A model generated the notes under the pieces. That model was not told the DNA's origin. It did not search any database and saw nothing but the letters and a program-made list of their open reading frames with translations. Source: a virus. From it: a stretch of 64,000 nt of DNA. This document shows positions 55,134 through 64,000 of this stretch, piece by piece (the first letter of the stretch is position 1; each line of letters starts with the position of its first letter). The position numbers and the translations under genes are program-made. The stretch lies in IMG/VR virus record IMGVR_UViG_3300017814_000184; one strand, written 5' to 3'.

Positions 55134-55170
55134 AAAAAAGAGGCTGGCCCCGAAGAACAGGACCAGTCTC
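55134..55170 (-). terminator. Intrinsic terminator after endolysin 2
   Basis: GAGACTGG..CCAGCCTC stem followed by T6 on minus strand. Confidence 0.7.
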
Positions 55171-55184
55171 TGTCCGTGGCGAGA

Positions 55185-55216
55185 GGTCAGTATCACATTT
55201 TGATACAGACCACTTT
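55185..55216. repeat. 32 bp palindromic element, copy 2 (inverted relative to copy 1)
   Basis: GGTCAGTATCA-CATTT-TGATACAGACC-ACTTT. Confidence 0.9.
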
Positions 55217-55228
55217 GCCATAGTTGCG

Positions 55229-56485
55229 TTAGTTTTTTGCTGCGTAGTCGAGAGAAATCCACCCGGCACCGGATTTGAGCCGTCCCCATTTGGTAGCGCC
55301 ATTTCCGCTGGCTTCCTCAACGATGGTGAATACGCCCTTGCCAGTGAACTTCCCGGTCGTGGCATAGTTGGTGCCAGGGCCTTTTCGGATGTTCAGATCG
55401 GCAATGGCGACCCGAACCGTGTAAGGAACCGTGCTGATGGGCTTGTCTGCCTCGGCGGCGGTCGAAGCGATGCTCTTGAGGATGGCGAGGATTTTCGTGC
55501 CGTATCCCTCGCCAGCAGCCCAGCCCAGACCATTGGGGTTTTCTTTCTGCCCAAGCCACTCCACATATTCCGCAGAGCCACGGGTGACATACTTGAAGCG
55601 GGGGTCGATGCAGCCGTTCGCCAACGCTGCCGTGCTGGCGTAGGCTTTGAGGTGCTGAACCTGGGCACGGATACCAAGCTGGGGTGAAGTGAACGAATTG
55701 CCCATCACACCATTGCTCGTAACGCCCATGCCACAAAAATTGTTCTGCCCCAGGGTGACCGCAGACCCGGCAAAGGTGAAATTCCCGGTTTCCAAGCAGG
55801 ACTGCGCAAAAGCCACATCGCCCCGCACACCCTCTGCTGCACCTTCGGTGAGGTACAGCGGAATCATGTCAAGAACGCTCTGTGCCACTTTGGCATTCAC
55901 GCGCTTGATGTAGGATTGCATCTGCGCGGCGGTCGCCACGGCCTTTCCCATGATGGCGGTTTTATCGGAGGCAGAGGCACCCGCCAGCCGAGCGTTGACC
56001 TGTTCGGCGATATACGGGAACTTGCTCTCAAGGTAAGGCCCAGGGCAAGCCGTGGCGGCAAACCACTTGTGCATGGTGAGGTTGCCGGACTTGTTTCCGG
56101 TGTAATTGAGCCGAGCGATGCCGTTGCGCTTGCAGATATCCACACAGAGTTCAATCAGCTTTGCCAGGGCGGTGTCGCTGATGTGCCAGTTGCCGCCCAC
56201 CTGGTCGTTGGCGACCTCAATGGTTACGGCGCGATTGTCGTTCGCCTTATTGGAACTGCACCAACTCCGGTTTGCCTCGTCCACATACAGACCGGCCCGA
56301 CCGTCCGAGCCGATACCGTAGTTGGAACTGGCCTGTCGGCTGCTGGGCGCAAACACAGCCCCGCAAGTTTCTACGGACAGGTTACCAGCCATGTGGTGAA
56401 TGGTAATCTTGTCAATGGAATGATTGCGGGGCTTCGTGCAGTTCGGGCTTAAGCGGGTGTAGGATACCAGTTTACTATTACTCAT
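55229..56485 (-). CDS. Endolysin 2: Amidase_2, glucosaminidase (GH73-like) and SH3-like binding domain
   Basis: ITIHHMAG..SSNYGIG..TIEVAN..HKWF..CPG; AQSCLETG..NNFCG..QVQHLKAY; LNIRKGPGT..GWISLDY. Confidence 0.92.
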   Translation of the reverse strand: MSNSKLVSYTRLSPNCTKPRNHSIDKITIHHMAGNLSVETCGAVFAPSSRQASSNYGIGSDGRAGLYVDEANRSWCSSNKANDNRAVTIEVANDQVGGNWHISDTALAKLIELCVDICKRNGIARLNYTGNKSGNLTMHKWFAATACPGPYLESKFPYIAEQVNARLAGASASDKTAIMGKAVATAAQMQSYIKRVNAKVAQSVLDMIPLYLTEGAAEGVRGDVAFAQSCLETGNFTFAGSAVTLGQNNFCGMGVTSNGVMGNSFTSPQLGIRAQVQHLKAYASTAALANGCIDPRFKYVTRGSAEYVEWLGQKENPNGLGWAAGEGYGTKILAILKSIASTAAEADKPISTVPYTVRVAIADLNIRKGPGTNYATTGKFTGKGVFTIVEEASGNGATKWGRLKSGAGWISLDYAAKN

Positions 56486-56900
56486 TTTTCTCGTCCTCCT
56501 TTTCGGCACGGTCGTGGAGCTGCTCCAATACATCCTTCAGCTTGGTGGGAATAGGCAGACCAAGGTGTCCGGCATTCTCCAGAAGGGATACGCCCTCGTT
56601 GGAGATGTAGAAGAAAATCACGGCCGTGCGAAGCACACAGCCGGAGCCAATGACCTGGACATCCAGGATGTTTGCCACACCGACCAGCATGAAAATCAGC
56701 ACCTTTTTGAAGATGCCCTTGAAGCCAACCTCGCTGGACAGCTTCTTGTCGATGATGGCGCACATGACACCCGTGATGTAGTCGGCGGCGACAAAAGCAA
56801 TCAGTGCATAGAGCAAGCCATCACATCCTCCCATGAACCAGCCGAGCCAACCGCCAATCGCGGCAAACACCAACTGAATCACATTCCAAAATTCTTTCAT
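56478..56900 (-). CDS. Holin
   Basis: Close paralog of 1391-1804. Confidence 0.93.
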   Translation of the reverse strand: MKEFWNVIQLVFAAIGGWLGWFMGGCDGLLYALIAFVAADYITGVMCAIIDKKLSSEVGFKGIFKKVLIFMLVGVANILDVQVIGSGCVLRTAVIFFYISNEGVSLLENAGHLGLPIPTKLKDVLEQLHDRAEKEDEKNE

Positions 56901-56969
56901 TTCGTTTCCTCACTTTCGTTTTTGTGTATGAAAAAAGCGGCTACCCCGGATGGGCAGTCGCTTACTTCC

Positions 56970-58394
56970 TTATTGCTCCTGGATGATGTAGGTGACCTTC
57001 ATCGTCTTATCGGCGGTCTTGGTGACCGGGGTGGACAGATTGTTGATGGTCGCCAGGTACATCGCAGGAATGCGGATTGTGCCTGTGGTGTAAGTGCCGT
57101 AGCTGACAAAAAAATAGAAATCATCACCGAGGAATGGCGTGTAGGTCATCACATAGCTGCTCGGTCCAGCGAAGGTGTACGATTCCAACGGCTCCAGGTA
57201 GTTGCTCTCGGTATTCATCACATAGCTGCAGCAGTTGCCCTCGTAGCTGGTCATATACTCAAAGAAAATCCGGCCATTGAGGGCGAAAACAGGATAGGCA
57301 TTCAGCGTGATGGTTTCGGTCATCCGCACCTGGGTAACATCGGCTGGGTTGTTGACGCCAATTTTGTAGAGTGTGTAGGGCGAGTTGTAGGCTTTCACAT
57401 ACAGATAGCCCCGGTAAATGAAAACGGAGTAATGGGAAGCACTGTTCATCATCAACGGCGTATTCGTTTGGTTTGTACAGGTGTACTCCGTAACACCCCA
57501 ATCGCCGAAGGAAATCTTGGCGATTTGGTAAGTGCCACCAGCGGCAAGTGAACTGGTGTTGGCGGTGGAGACAAGGTACAAGGTCTTCTCTTCGTTGTCG
57601 AAGTTGTAGGCGAAGTAATTGGCGTTGAGCAACCCTATCTCCAAATCTGGCAGCGTGAACTGCTCCTCCACAGCTTTCTGTGAATAGGGACGCTCAAAAA
57701 GAGATACAGACTTGAGGTAAGCCCTTCGTTTCACGATGGAGATGGACTTCATGCTGTTAACCTTGAAGTAGTAGGCGTAGTCCTCATCCTTGTCGATTAC
57801 AAATAGGAACTCGGTAGTGCCGGGGGTGTTGTAAGTGGAGCGGTCGCCCGTGTTACCCCCGGTATAGCCGGGATATACATATTGCAAGGTGCTGGTGCAG
57901 ATGTTGACGAGCGGATAGCACCCGCTCAAGCGCACAGCATCATCAGCACCCAATGACGTGAAACCACCCATTTTATGCGACAGGCAGATGGTGGAAATCA
58001 AGCCGTTGGCCTGACTGGTGGCGAAGTCGTAAACAAACTTTACATAGCGATCGGTGATGTTGACTTCGCTCTCCGTGGTGTTGAATGCCCCACGCTTTTT
58101 GCCAGTGGTATCATTTTGTCTGTTGTACACGGCACAGCCCGTTAGGTTCACGCTGGCGGGTGCATAGAGCATATCTGCCCGCTCCTCAATGGGGCCGTCA
58201 AACATGAGCAGCCCACCAAGCGGATACTCCCAAAAGGGCGACTGCGAGTTGAACATAGTGTCGGAACTCTTGACATGGCCGAGCGGCTCGAAATACTTGG
58301 TGAGGGCGTTGGTGATAAGGTTGGTCTCTTCCAGATGCTCCACCTCGCCCGTGTGGACATCCTTCATTTCGATTATGGTTTTACCTTTAAGCAT
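56970..58394 (-). CDS. Minor tail/receptor-binding-type protein
   Basis: N-terminal EETNLITNA..KFVYDFATSQANG and C-terminal PVTKTADKTMKVTY scaffold around a Tyr/Asn-rich beta core. Confidence 0.65.
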   Translation of the reverse strand: MLKGKTIIEMKDVHTGEVEHLEETNLITNALTKYFEPLGHVKSSDTMFNSQSPFWEYPLGGLLMFDGPIEERADMLYAPASVNLTGCAVYNRQNDTTGKKRGAFNTTESEVNITDRYVKFVYDFATSQANGLISTICLSHKMGGFTSLGADDAVRLSGCYPLVNICTSTLQYVYPGYTGGNTGDRSTYNTPGTTEFLFVIDKDEDYAYYFKVNSMKSISIVKRRAYLKSVSLFERPYSQKAVEEQFTLPDLEIGLLNANYFAYNFDNEEKTLYLVSTANTSSLAAGGTYQIAKISFGDWGVTEYTCTNQTNTPLMMNSASHYSVFIYRGYLYVKAYNSPYTLYKIGVNNPADVTQVRMTETITLNAYPVFALNGRIFFEYMTSYEGNCCSYVMNTESNYLEPLESYTFAGPSSYVMTYTPFLGDDFYFFVSYGTYTTGTIRIPAMYLATINNLSTPVTKTADKTMKVTYIIQEQ

Positions 58395-58404
58395 GGTGGC
58401 CTCC

Positions 58405-59955
58405 TTAATTCATAAAGGTGATTTTGAAGCGGGTGAAATGAGCATCCTCGTACAGAATGAAGGTAAGAAGCAACATTCGGTTTTCCGGCAGACTGTTCCA
58501 AAGTTCCACCACATCGGTGTGGAGCCATGCGCCGATGGTCATTTCATCGCTATAGGTGGCACCGTTATCCAAAGAGGCAATCACGCCAATATGGCCGGTG
58601 TATTCTGCGGAGAGCAGCTCAATGCCCGTAATGCTCACGCTGGACATATCTACTGCCACCGACATGGACTGCGGGAACGGATACGCCCGCATGACAACCT
58701 TCGGCGTGGCAATCTTCTGTGGGCTGGATGACCAGTAGATAATCTCCGGCGTAGTAAGTGGCAAGAGCAGTTTCCCCGGAGGGGTATCGTCAAAGCCGAA
58801 CTTGAGGAACATTGCAGCGGTCAGATTGATGATGTCCACAGGGGTCAATACCTGGACTTCATTCAAATCCTCGTCCTGCACCGTGTCCATGCGATAATAA
58901 ACCCCGCCGTCCTTCAGCAGAAAGCGTGTGGTGTAGGAGTCGCTTTCCTGATATTCTTCATAGGAAATCGCCCAGTTCAGCCCACCGCTATCCTGGTGAT
59001 AGAAGCACACACGCTTCCCACCGCCAGAGCCGTCAGCAAGACTGAGCGGCTGATTTTTGCCGTTGCAGATAAGAGCCGAAGTGCCAAGATATCCGACATT
59101 GGTTGGCGTTTGGATGATGTTCAGAACCATATCGTTATTACCCAACAGGAAGAGTTCGAAAATCAATCGAGTTGTGTCACTCCTGGAATTGTAGACGGTG
59201 TAGCCCTCCCAGCGGAGTTTAAGATACGAAATATCATCCCCAACCGTACCTGTGCCACGGTACAAATGGTCGCAGATGCCGTCACGGCGCAGGATTTGAA
59301 GCTGCTCTGCCGCTATGCCGAAGCCGATCCAGTGGTTACCGCTCACATAGACATTGGTTGCTTCCACATTGTTGAAATAGAAGTCAGCCAAGCCAGCGAC
59401 TGTATCAGTGCCATCATCGTTTAGCGTACTGCGGATGCAGTCCATGCCATCGGTCGTATCATAAAGATTGGCAAGATCGACTTTGAGAATGCCCTCCTCA
59501 GCCACGAGCCGGATATCAGAAAGGCCAAAGTATTTGTTTTCTGTGGTCAGAGTGAAAACAAGGCAGTCGGTTGCAACGGGAGTATCCGGCTCAAGGGCTA
59601 ACGCACTACGGCCATAGGCTTCAAATACGCCTGATGCGAGTTCCACGGTTTTTTCCTCATCAGCGTAAGCGGTAATGTTCTTCGTGACCATTGTGCCGTT
59701 GGATGCCTTGTTGACCAATTCAATACGGTAGATTCGCAGGGGCGTAGGAAACCGCCATTTGAAGGTGCCAGACAGAACACCATCTGCACCTTCCCACTGC
59801 GTTTCGGTATATCCGTCCAGCGCCTTATAGGCCGAGTAGTCAACGCCAGCAGCTTTGTGGACACTGCTGGCGGTAAGCTGACCCCAGGAATCGTCAGCCG
59901 TGAAGATGGGCTGTGTCCACGGTTGCCACTTGTATTTGGTTTCGTCAATTAACAC
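58405..59955 (-). CDS. Minor tail protein with N-terminal discoidin-like module
   Basis: KWQPWTQPIF..AYKALDG..WRFPTPLRI..GLSDIRLVAEEG, homologous to the N-terminus of 10043-11053. Confidence 0.7.
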   Translation of the reverse strand: MLIDETKYKWQPWTQPIFTADDSWGQLTASSVHKAAGVDYSAYKALDGYTETQWEGADGVLSGTFKWRFPTPLRIYRIELVNKASNGTMVTKNITAYADEEKTVELASGVFEAYGRSALALEPDTPVATDCLVFTLTTENKYFGLSDIRLVAEEGILKVDLANLYDTTDGMDCIRSTLNDDGTDTVAGLADFYFNNVEATNVYVSGNHWIGFGIAAEQLQILRRDGICDHLYRGTGTVGDDISYLKLRWEGYTVYNSRSDTTRLIFELFLLGNNDMVLNIIQTPTNVGYLGTSALICNGKNQPLSLADGSGGGKRVCFYHQDSGGLNWAISYEEYQESDSYTTRFLLKDGGVYYRMDTVQDEDLNEVQVLTPVDIINLTAAMFLKFGFDDTPPGKLLLPLTTPEIIYWSSSPQKIATPKVVMRAYPFPQSMSVAVDMSSVSITGIELLSAEYTGHIGVIASLDNGATYSDEMTIGAWLHTDVVELWNSLPENRMLLLTFILYEDAHFTRFKITFMN

Positions 59956-61943
59956 AGACTCACCTCCAAGCTGTCGATGCGGTCATAGTTCGTGGTATCA
60001 ATGGCGAGATGTTTCATAAGGCCATAGTTGATGGCGATATCCTCGCCAATAAAGGTGTAGTCGGATTTCAGAACAAAGGAATCGCCGTCCACCAACACCA
60101 CGCTGTGGTCGTAGTGACCGGGGTTGTAAACATCCAGCGTGAAGGTCTTGATGATAATGGTGTCCGTGAGGTTCTCATTCAGTGCAAAGACCACAAAGGC
60201 CTGCGGGTCAAAACGGATGCGGGATACCACATCGTTGGCGGCACCTCGCCGCGAGTCATCCAGAGCAGAGTCGAGCTGCTCAGAAAACACACGATACGAG
60301 AACTCTGCTGGGAAGCAGGAATTGATGCGCCCGATGAACTCTGTAACCTCAATACGCCCATCCCAGCCGGACAACCCGGAAACAAGCCCCTGGCCGCTGA
60401 TGGTGGCACGGATTTGACCTTCGCCAATCTCCACCGTGCCGCTCTCGGCAGAAAGCAAAACAGAAAACCGCTGCCCCACGTTGGAGGCAACGGCTGTAAT
60501 CGGGTGGAACAGGGTCAGAATGTGTTGACCATCCTTGAAGTTGTCGATGGGGTAAAAGGTGGCCTCTTCCTCCAAGTCGTTCTTGTAGGTGACCTTGAGC
60601 ATGACGACACCATCGGTCGGTAGATTGAGGGTCATTTCATTGCCCTCGGAATCGGTAGCGACTACTTGCTGTGTGCCTTTTTCGGGGTTGGCTTTCAGCA
60701 AAATCTCTGCAAGAAATGTCGCACTCGTTTCCTCGGCCGCCACATACTCAATGGAGAGAACCTCCTGTGGCGTGGTCTTGATGAGGAACGGTGCGGCGTT
60801 GATGAAGTTGTAGTAGATGATTTTGCCTGCTTCCACCTGGTTGAGCAGCCCAGTGATGTTTTTGTCGTTTTTGCTTTTGGCGTCAGCCAGCCGTGGATTT
60901 TTACCCACGCACTTGATGGTGTGCTTGCCGTTGATTTTGTAGGTGTACCCCGTGATACAGGTGCGGGACTGCTCATCGGCGTGACCGCCGGAGAAAGTCA
61001 GTATATCTCCCACATCCAAGGCGGGGTTTCCAATGGTGGTGGAGTCGAAAGGCACATAGTCGATGACAGAAATGGCTTGCAACACCGCTTCGAGGATGCG
61101 TTTGCGGGTTTCGTCCAGGCCGTATTGGAGCAAGGGGCTGACACCGAGGTTCATGGTCAGCCCATCGTCCGGGTCGAGGGCATAATATTCTGCCGTTTGT
61201 GTGCGTTGATTGGTGGAACTGATGGCCGTGTAGCGGGTCTTGAAATCTGAAAAGCTGCTGGAAAAGCGCTGCGTGTTTGGTACATCCAACACAGGCGCCG
61301 TACCGTAGGTTTTGAACACCAACTGACCCGACCGATTGATGGAAGCAAAACACGCCATCGACTGTGCCAGATAGTAAATCAGATCTCGCCAAGTCTGAAT
61401 GTCGTTGTCGCTGTAAACGCCGAATACCTCTTTGCCATTGGGCAGAGCCTCGACTTCGGCCTGGGTCATGCCGAGTTCCACCTTGCAGGCTTTGGAGGCG
61501 AGGGTAAGCAACTGCCAAGGTGTACCGCTGGAAGTGGCGCCGCCGAAGGACTGCTCAAGCCAAAGCATACGGTCGTAGGCTTTGATTTCCAGGCAGTTGA
61601 TGGTGCGGTTGGCTTCGGATACCTCGAAGATGCCCATTGGGACACTCTCGTACTCTCCGCTTTCCAGCAGAAGATGGTAGAACAATTCCACCTGTGCGCC
61701 GTCCAAGGTATAGCGATCTATGTCCAGGAACAGCGTAAGGCCGAGTTCGGCGGCGTACACCGTGCCGAGTTCAATCTCGCTGCTCCCACAGCACTGGTGC
61801 GTGATGTACCCGCTGCCCTTGACGATATCGTCATTGGTGAACGGGTACTCTACGCCCTTTGCCGTTGTGATCTTTCCAGACCAATAGAAGCTGCGGGTGT
61901 TTTTCTGCACCGCTTGCAGGAACGCTTCACTGACCGAATACAT
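59949..61943 (-). CDS. Tail-tip/hub protein (Tal-like)
   Basis: 664 aa after the Dit-position gene; ELGTVYAAEL, PMGIFEVSEA, GNPALDVGD. Confidence 0.7.
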   Translation of the reverse strand: MYSVSEAFLQAVQKNTRSFYWSGKITTAKGVEYPFTNDDIVKGSGYITHQCCGSSEIELGTVYAAELGLTLFLDIDRYTLDGAQVELFYHLLLESGEYESVPMGIFEVSEANRTINCLEIKAYDRMLWLEQSFGGATSSGTPWQLLTLASKACKVELGMTQAEVEALPNGKEVFGVYSDNDIQTWRDLIYYLAQSMACFASINRSGQLVFKTYGTAPVLDVPNTQRFSSSFSDFKTRYTAISSTNQRTQTAEYYALDPDDGLTMNLGVSPLLQYGLDETRKRILEAVLQAISVIDYVPFDSTTIGNPALDVGDILTFSGGHADEQSRTCITGYTYKINGKHTIKCVGKNPRLADAKSKNDKNITGLLNQVEAGKIIYYNFINAAPFLIKTTPQEVLSIEYVAAEETSATFLAEILLKANPEKGTQQVVATDSEGNEMTLNLPTDGVVMLKVTYKNDLEEEATFYPIDNFKDGQHILTLFHPITAVASNVGQRFSVLLSAESGTVEIGEGQIRATISGQGLVSGLSGWDGRIEVTEFIGRINSCFPAEFSYRVFSEQLDSALDDSRRGAANDVVSRIRFDPQAFVVFALNENLTDTIIIKTFTLDVYNPGHYDHSVVLVDGDSFVLKSDYTFIGEDIAINYGLMKHLAIDTTNYDRIDSLEVSLC

Positions 61944-61958
61944 AAAAACACCCCTTTC

Positions 61959-62321
61959 TCAAAATTCTTTTAGGTTGAAGGACACCCGCCACAAGCCTTT
62001 GTAGGAGGTATCCTTCTCCAGCTTGGCACGGTAGCCCTCAATGAACATTTCTGCTTGCTGCACTTCCAGTGTTTCGGTGTCGAAGAAGGCAACATAGATT
62101 TTTGCCATCTGCTTATAGGCAGTCAGCTTTTTCAGCCAAAATGGCGTGACGGAAAACGAAACAGCGATGGTGTGGACTCCGGCTCTCACCACATCGCGCT
62201 GCTGGGTTCCTGCCTCCGTTTCCCCGGAGGAATCAGCCTCCACATCATCCATCGAAACATCGTAGGAGTCCGGGAGCGGGAGGTTCTCTCCCTCAAAGGC
62301 AAGGTATTGGATATAAGCCAC
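61959..62321 (-). CDS. Small distal-tail-position protein
   Basis: LPLPDSY..ETEAGT..RDVVR..LW.VSF.L.EF; follows the tape measure gene. Confidence 0.7.
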   Translation of the reverse strand: MAYIQYLAFEGENLPLPDSYDVSMDDVEADSSGETEAGTQQRDVVRAGVHTIAVSFSVTPFWLKKLTAYKQMAKIYVAFFDTETLEVQQAEMFIEGYRAKLEKDTSYKGLWRVSFNLKEF

Positions 62322-62334
62322 GGGTCACACCTCC

Positions 62335-64000
62335 TTATCTGCCGCCGGAGCGGAGGTTCTGTCGGTTCTGTGCGTTGACGATCACCTCATCCAGCAGCGT
62401 GTTGCCCAGATATACAGGAATGGAGATGGTGCCGCTGTTCTGGGTACTCAGCGACTCCACCATGTCCCGGATGCCAGAGAGCAGAGCCGAAACCGAACCA
62501 TCTGTCATCGTGCTGCCAGATACGGTTGCCTCCCCTGCGGTCTGCATTGCTGTGACCGTGGGGCTGATGACCATATCCGAAGCAACGCCCTGCACTGCAC
62601 TGGCAATCATGCCACGGCTCTTTTCGATGCCCTTGGCAAGACCACCCATGAAGTCGGGCATCCAGCTTTCGTAGTCGGTCAATGGACCCTCGTCCGGGAC
62701 GGAGAAATGCAGGAAAGAACGGATGGTTTCTGCCACATTGCTGACAGCATCCTTGATTTTACCGATACAGCTTTTGATGCCGTTCACAATACCGTTGATG
62801 ATATCAGCGCCCCAATTAAATGCGGAGGAGGCCAGCCCCTTGATGAAGCTGACCGCATTGTTGAACCCGCTCTTGATGGTGTTGACCACATTGTTCATGG
62901 CGTTGGAGATACCAGACACGATGGCGTTCCAAATGCTGGTGACCGTGCTTTTGATGGCGTTGAGGACGGTGGTGACTGTGTTTTTGATGCCATTCCAGAC
63001 CGTGGTAAACAGGTTCTTGATGGTGTTCAGCACATTGGTGATGACCGTGGAAATGGCAGTGATGATGGTCGTGACCGCCGTTTGGATTGCAGTCCATATC
63101 GTGGTGAACACCGTCTGAATGCCAGTCAGCACCGTGGTAATAGTGGTGGTGATGGCGTTCCATGCTGCCGAAAGGAAATTACTGATGGCGGTGACGATGG
63201 TGGTCACCACCGTCTGTATGCCAGTCCACACCGAGGTAAAGAACCCGGCGATGGCATTCCAAATGGTCGTTGCCACCGTTTGGATGCCCGTCCATAGGGT
63301 CGAAAAGAAAGTGGCGATGCCGTTCCATGCTGCTGTGGCGACCTCTGTGATGGACTGCCACAAGCTGGTGAAGAACTCTGCAATGGAGTTCCACACGCTG
63401 ATACAGAACGCCTTGACCTCCTCCCAATGGGTGATGAGCAGATAGCCGATGGCGATGACTGCGGCAATGGCAGCTACGATTGCAAGGATGGGCAAGCCAA
63501 CACTGGCGATGACCGGGATAATGGCGCTGATGGCGCCGCCCAGGGTGGAGAACAGCCCCATGAGGCCGCTGATGCCGGATACAATGGAACCGACCGCACT
63601 GATGACCTTGCCCACCACGACCAGTACCGGCCCAACGGCTGCAACGATCATGGCGATTTTGACGATCATCTCTTTGGTGCCATCCGACAGCCCGGAGAAC
63701 CATTCGGTGAAGCTGCGGATGATTTGGGCGAGGTCTTGCAGAATAGGACCCAGCACATCGGAGATTGCCCCGCCAAGTTCTGCTCCCGCCAGCTTCATGT
63801 TGTTCATGGCGGTGGTGAAATTGTCCACGCCATCCTTCGTGGCGGTGTAGGTGTCGCCAACCACGCCGCTGTATTCGGACATGGAGGCAGACAGGTCATC
63901 GAAGCTGAGTCGGCCTTCCTTGATGGCCTGCACCATTTCGGGTGCGGCTTTGGCGCCGAACAGGTCGGTGGCAATGGAGAGGGCTTCGGTTTCGGTGCTG
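62335..64000 (-). CDS. Tape measure protein, C-terminal part (continues beyond window end)
   Basis: Trp/Phe-periodic 11-residue repeats (WNGIATFFSTL), FLHFSVPDEGPL motif; frame open to the edge. Confidence 0.92.
   Translation of the reverse strand, partial: STETEALSIATDLFGAKAAPEMVQAIKEGRLSFDDLSASMSEYSGVVGDTYTATKDGVDNFTTAMNNMKLAGAELGGAISDVLGPILQDLAQIIRSFTEWFSGLSDGTKEMIVKIAMIVAAVGPVLVVVGKVISAVGSIVSGISGLMGLFSTLGGAISAIIPVIASVGLPILAIVAAIAAVIAIGYLLITHWEEVKAFCISVWNSIAEFFTSLWQSITEVATAAWNGIATFFSTLWTGIQTVATTIWNAIAGFFTSVWTGIQTVVTTIVTAISNFLSAAWNAITTTITTVLTGIQTVFTTIWTAIQTAVTTIITAISTVITNVLNTIKNLFTTVWNGIKNTVTTVLNAIKSTVTSIWNAIVSGISNAMNNVVNTIKSGFNNAVSFIKGLASSAFNWGADIINGIVNGIKSCIGKIKDAVSNVAETIRSFLHFSVPDEGPLTDYESWMPDFMGGLAKGIEKSRGMIASAVQGVASDMVISPTVTAMQTAGEATVSGSTMTDGSVSALLSGIRDMVESLSTQNSGTISIPVYLGNTLLDEVIVNAQNRQNLRSGGR

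Larger units (their letters stand above)
48450..64000 (-). mobile_element. Prophage 2, partial (tail, lysis and triple recombinase end); left boundary approximate
   Basis: Tape measure, tail, holin, endolysin and three serine recombinases; holin, recombinase and promoter are paralogous to prophage 1. Confidence 0.88.

Noticed and set aside
1-64000. Diversity-generating retroelement, retron, CRISPR array, tRNA/rRNA genes, IS transposases, inteins
   Set aside because: No reverse transcriptase, template/variable repeat pair, repeat-spacer array, cloverleaf or transposase motif was recognised; PolA, terminase and VapE have normal lengths. DUF2800 is Cas4-like but is a standard phage replication gene

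Overview
This window holds two related HK97-fold siphoviral prophages of a Clostridia-like (Bacillota) host, in tandem and both on the minus strand. Prophage 1 (about 1-39.3 kb, running off the left edge at a serine recombinase) looks complete. It has an ImmA-HTH regulator, a PolA/VapE/SNF2 replication module, a late activator, metK, HNH and a cos-like region, two DNA methyltransferases, an amidoligase-GGCT moron, terminase, head, tail, holin and endolysin. A 39-48 kb cargo block carries a DinB/XRE/ImmA cassette, a membrane-anchored nuclease, a lipoprotein, a PD-(D/E)xK nuclease and a truncated helicase. Prophage 2 (about 48.4 kb to the right edge) contributes three large serine recombinases, lysis genes and tail genes. 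The most interesting signals are: (i) a second gene nested in the +1 frame inside the C5-methyltransferase, resembling an EcoHK31I-type beta subunit; (ii) a Spo0A effector-domain-only moron with phased 0A-box-like sites and its own XRE operators; (iii) a five-copy promoter motif shared by the recombinase genes and the amidoligase moron; (iv) a face-to-face promoter switch controlling a protease-gated Y-family polymerase; and (v) a discoidin-like module shuffled onto the tail terminator. All family assignments come from motif recognition by eye; no database search was run.
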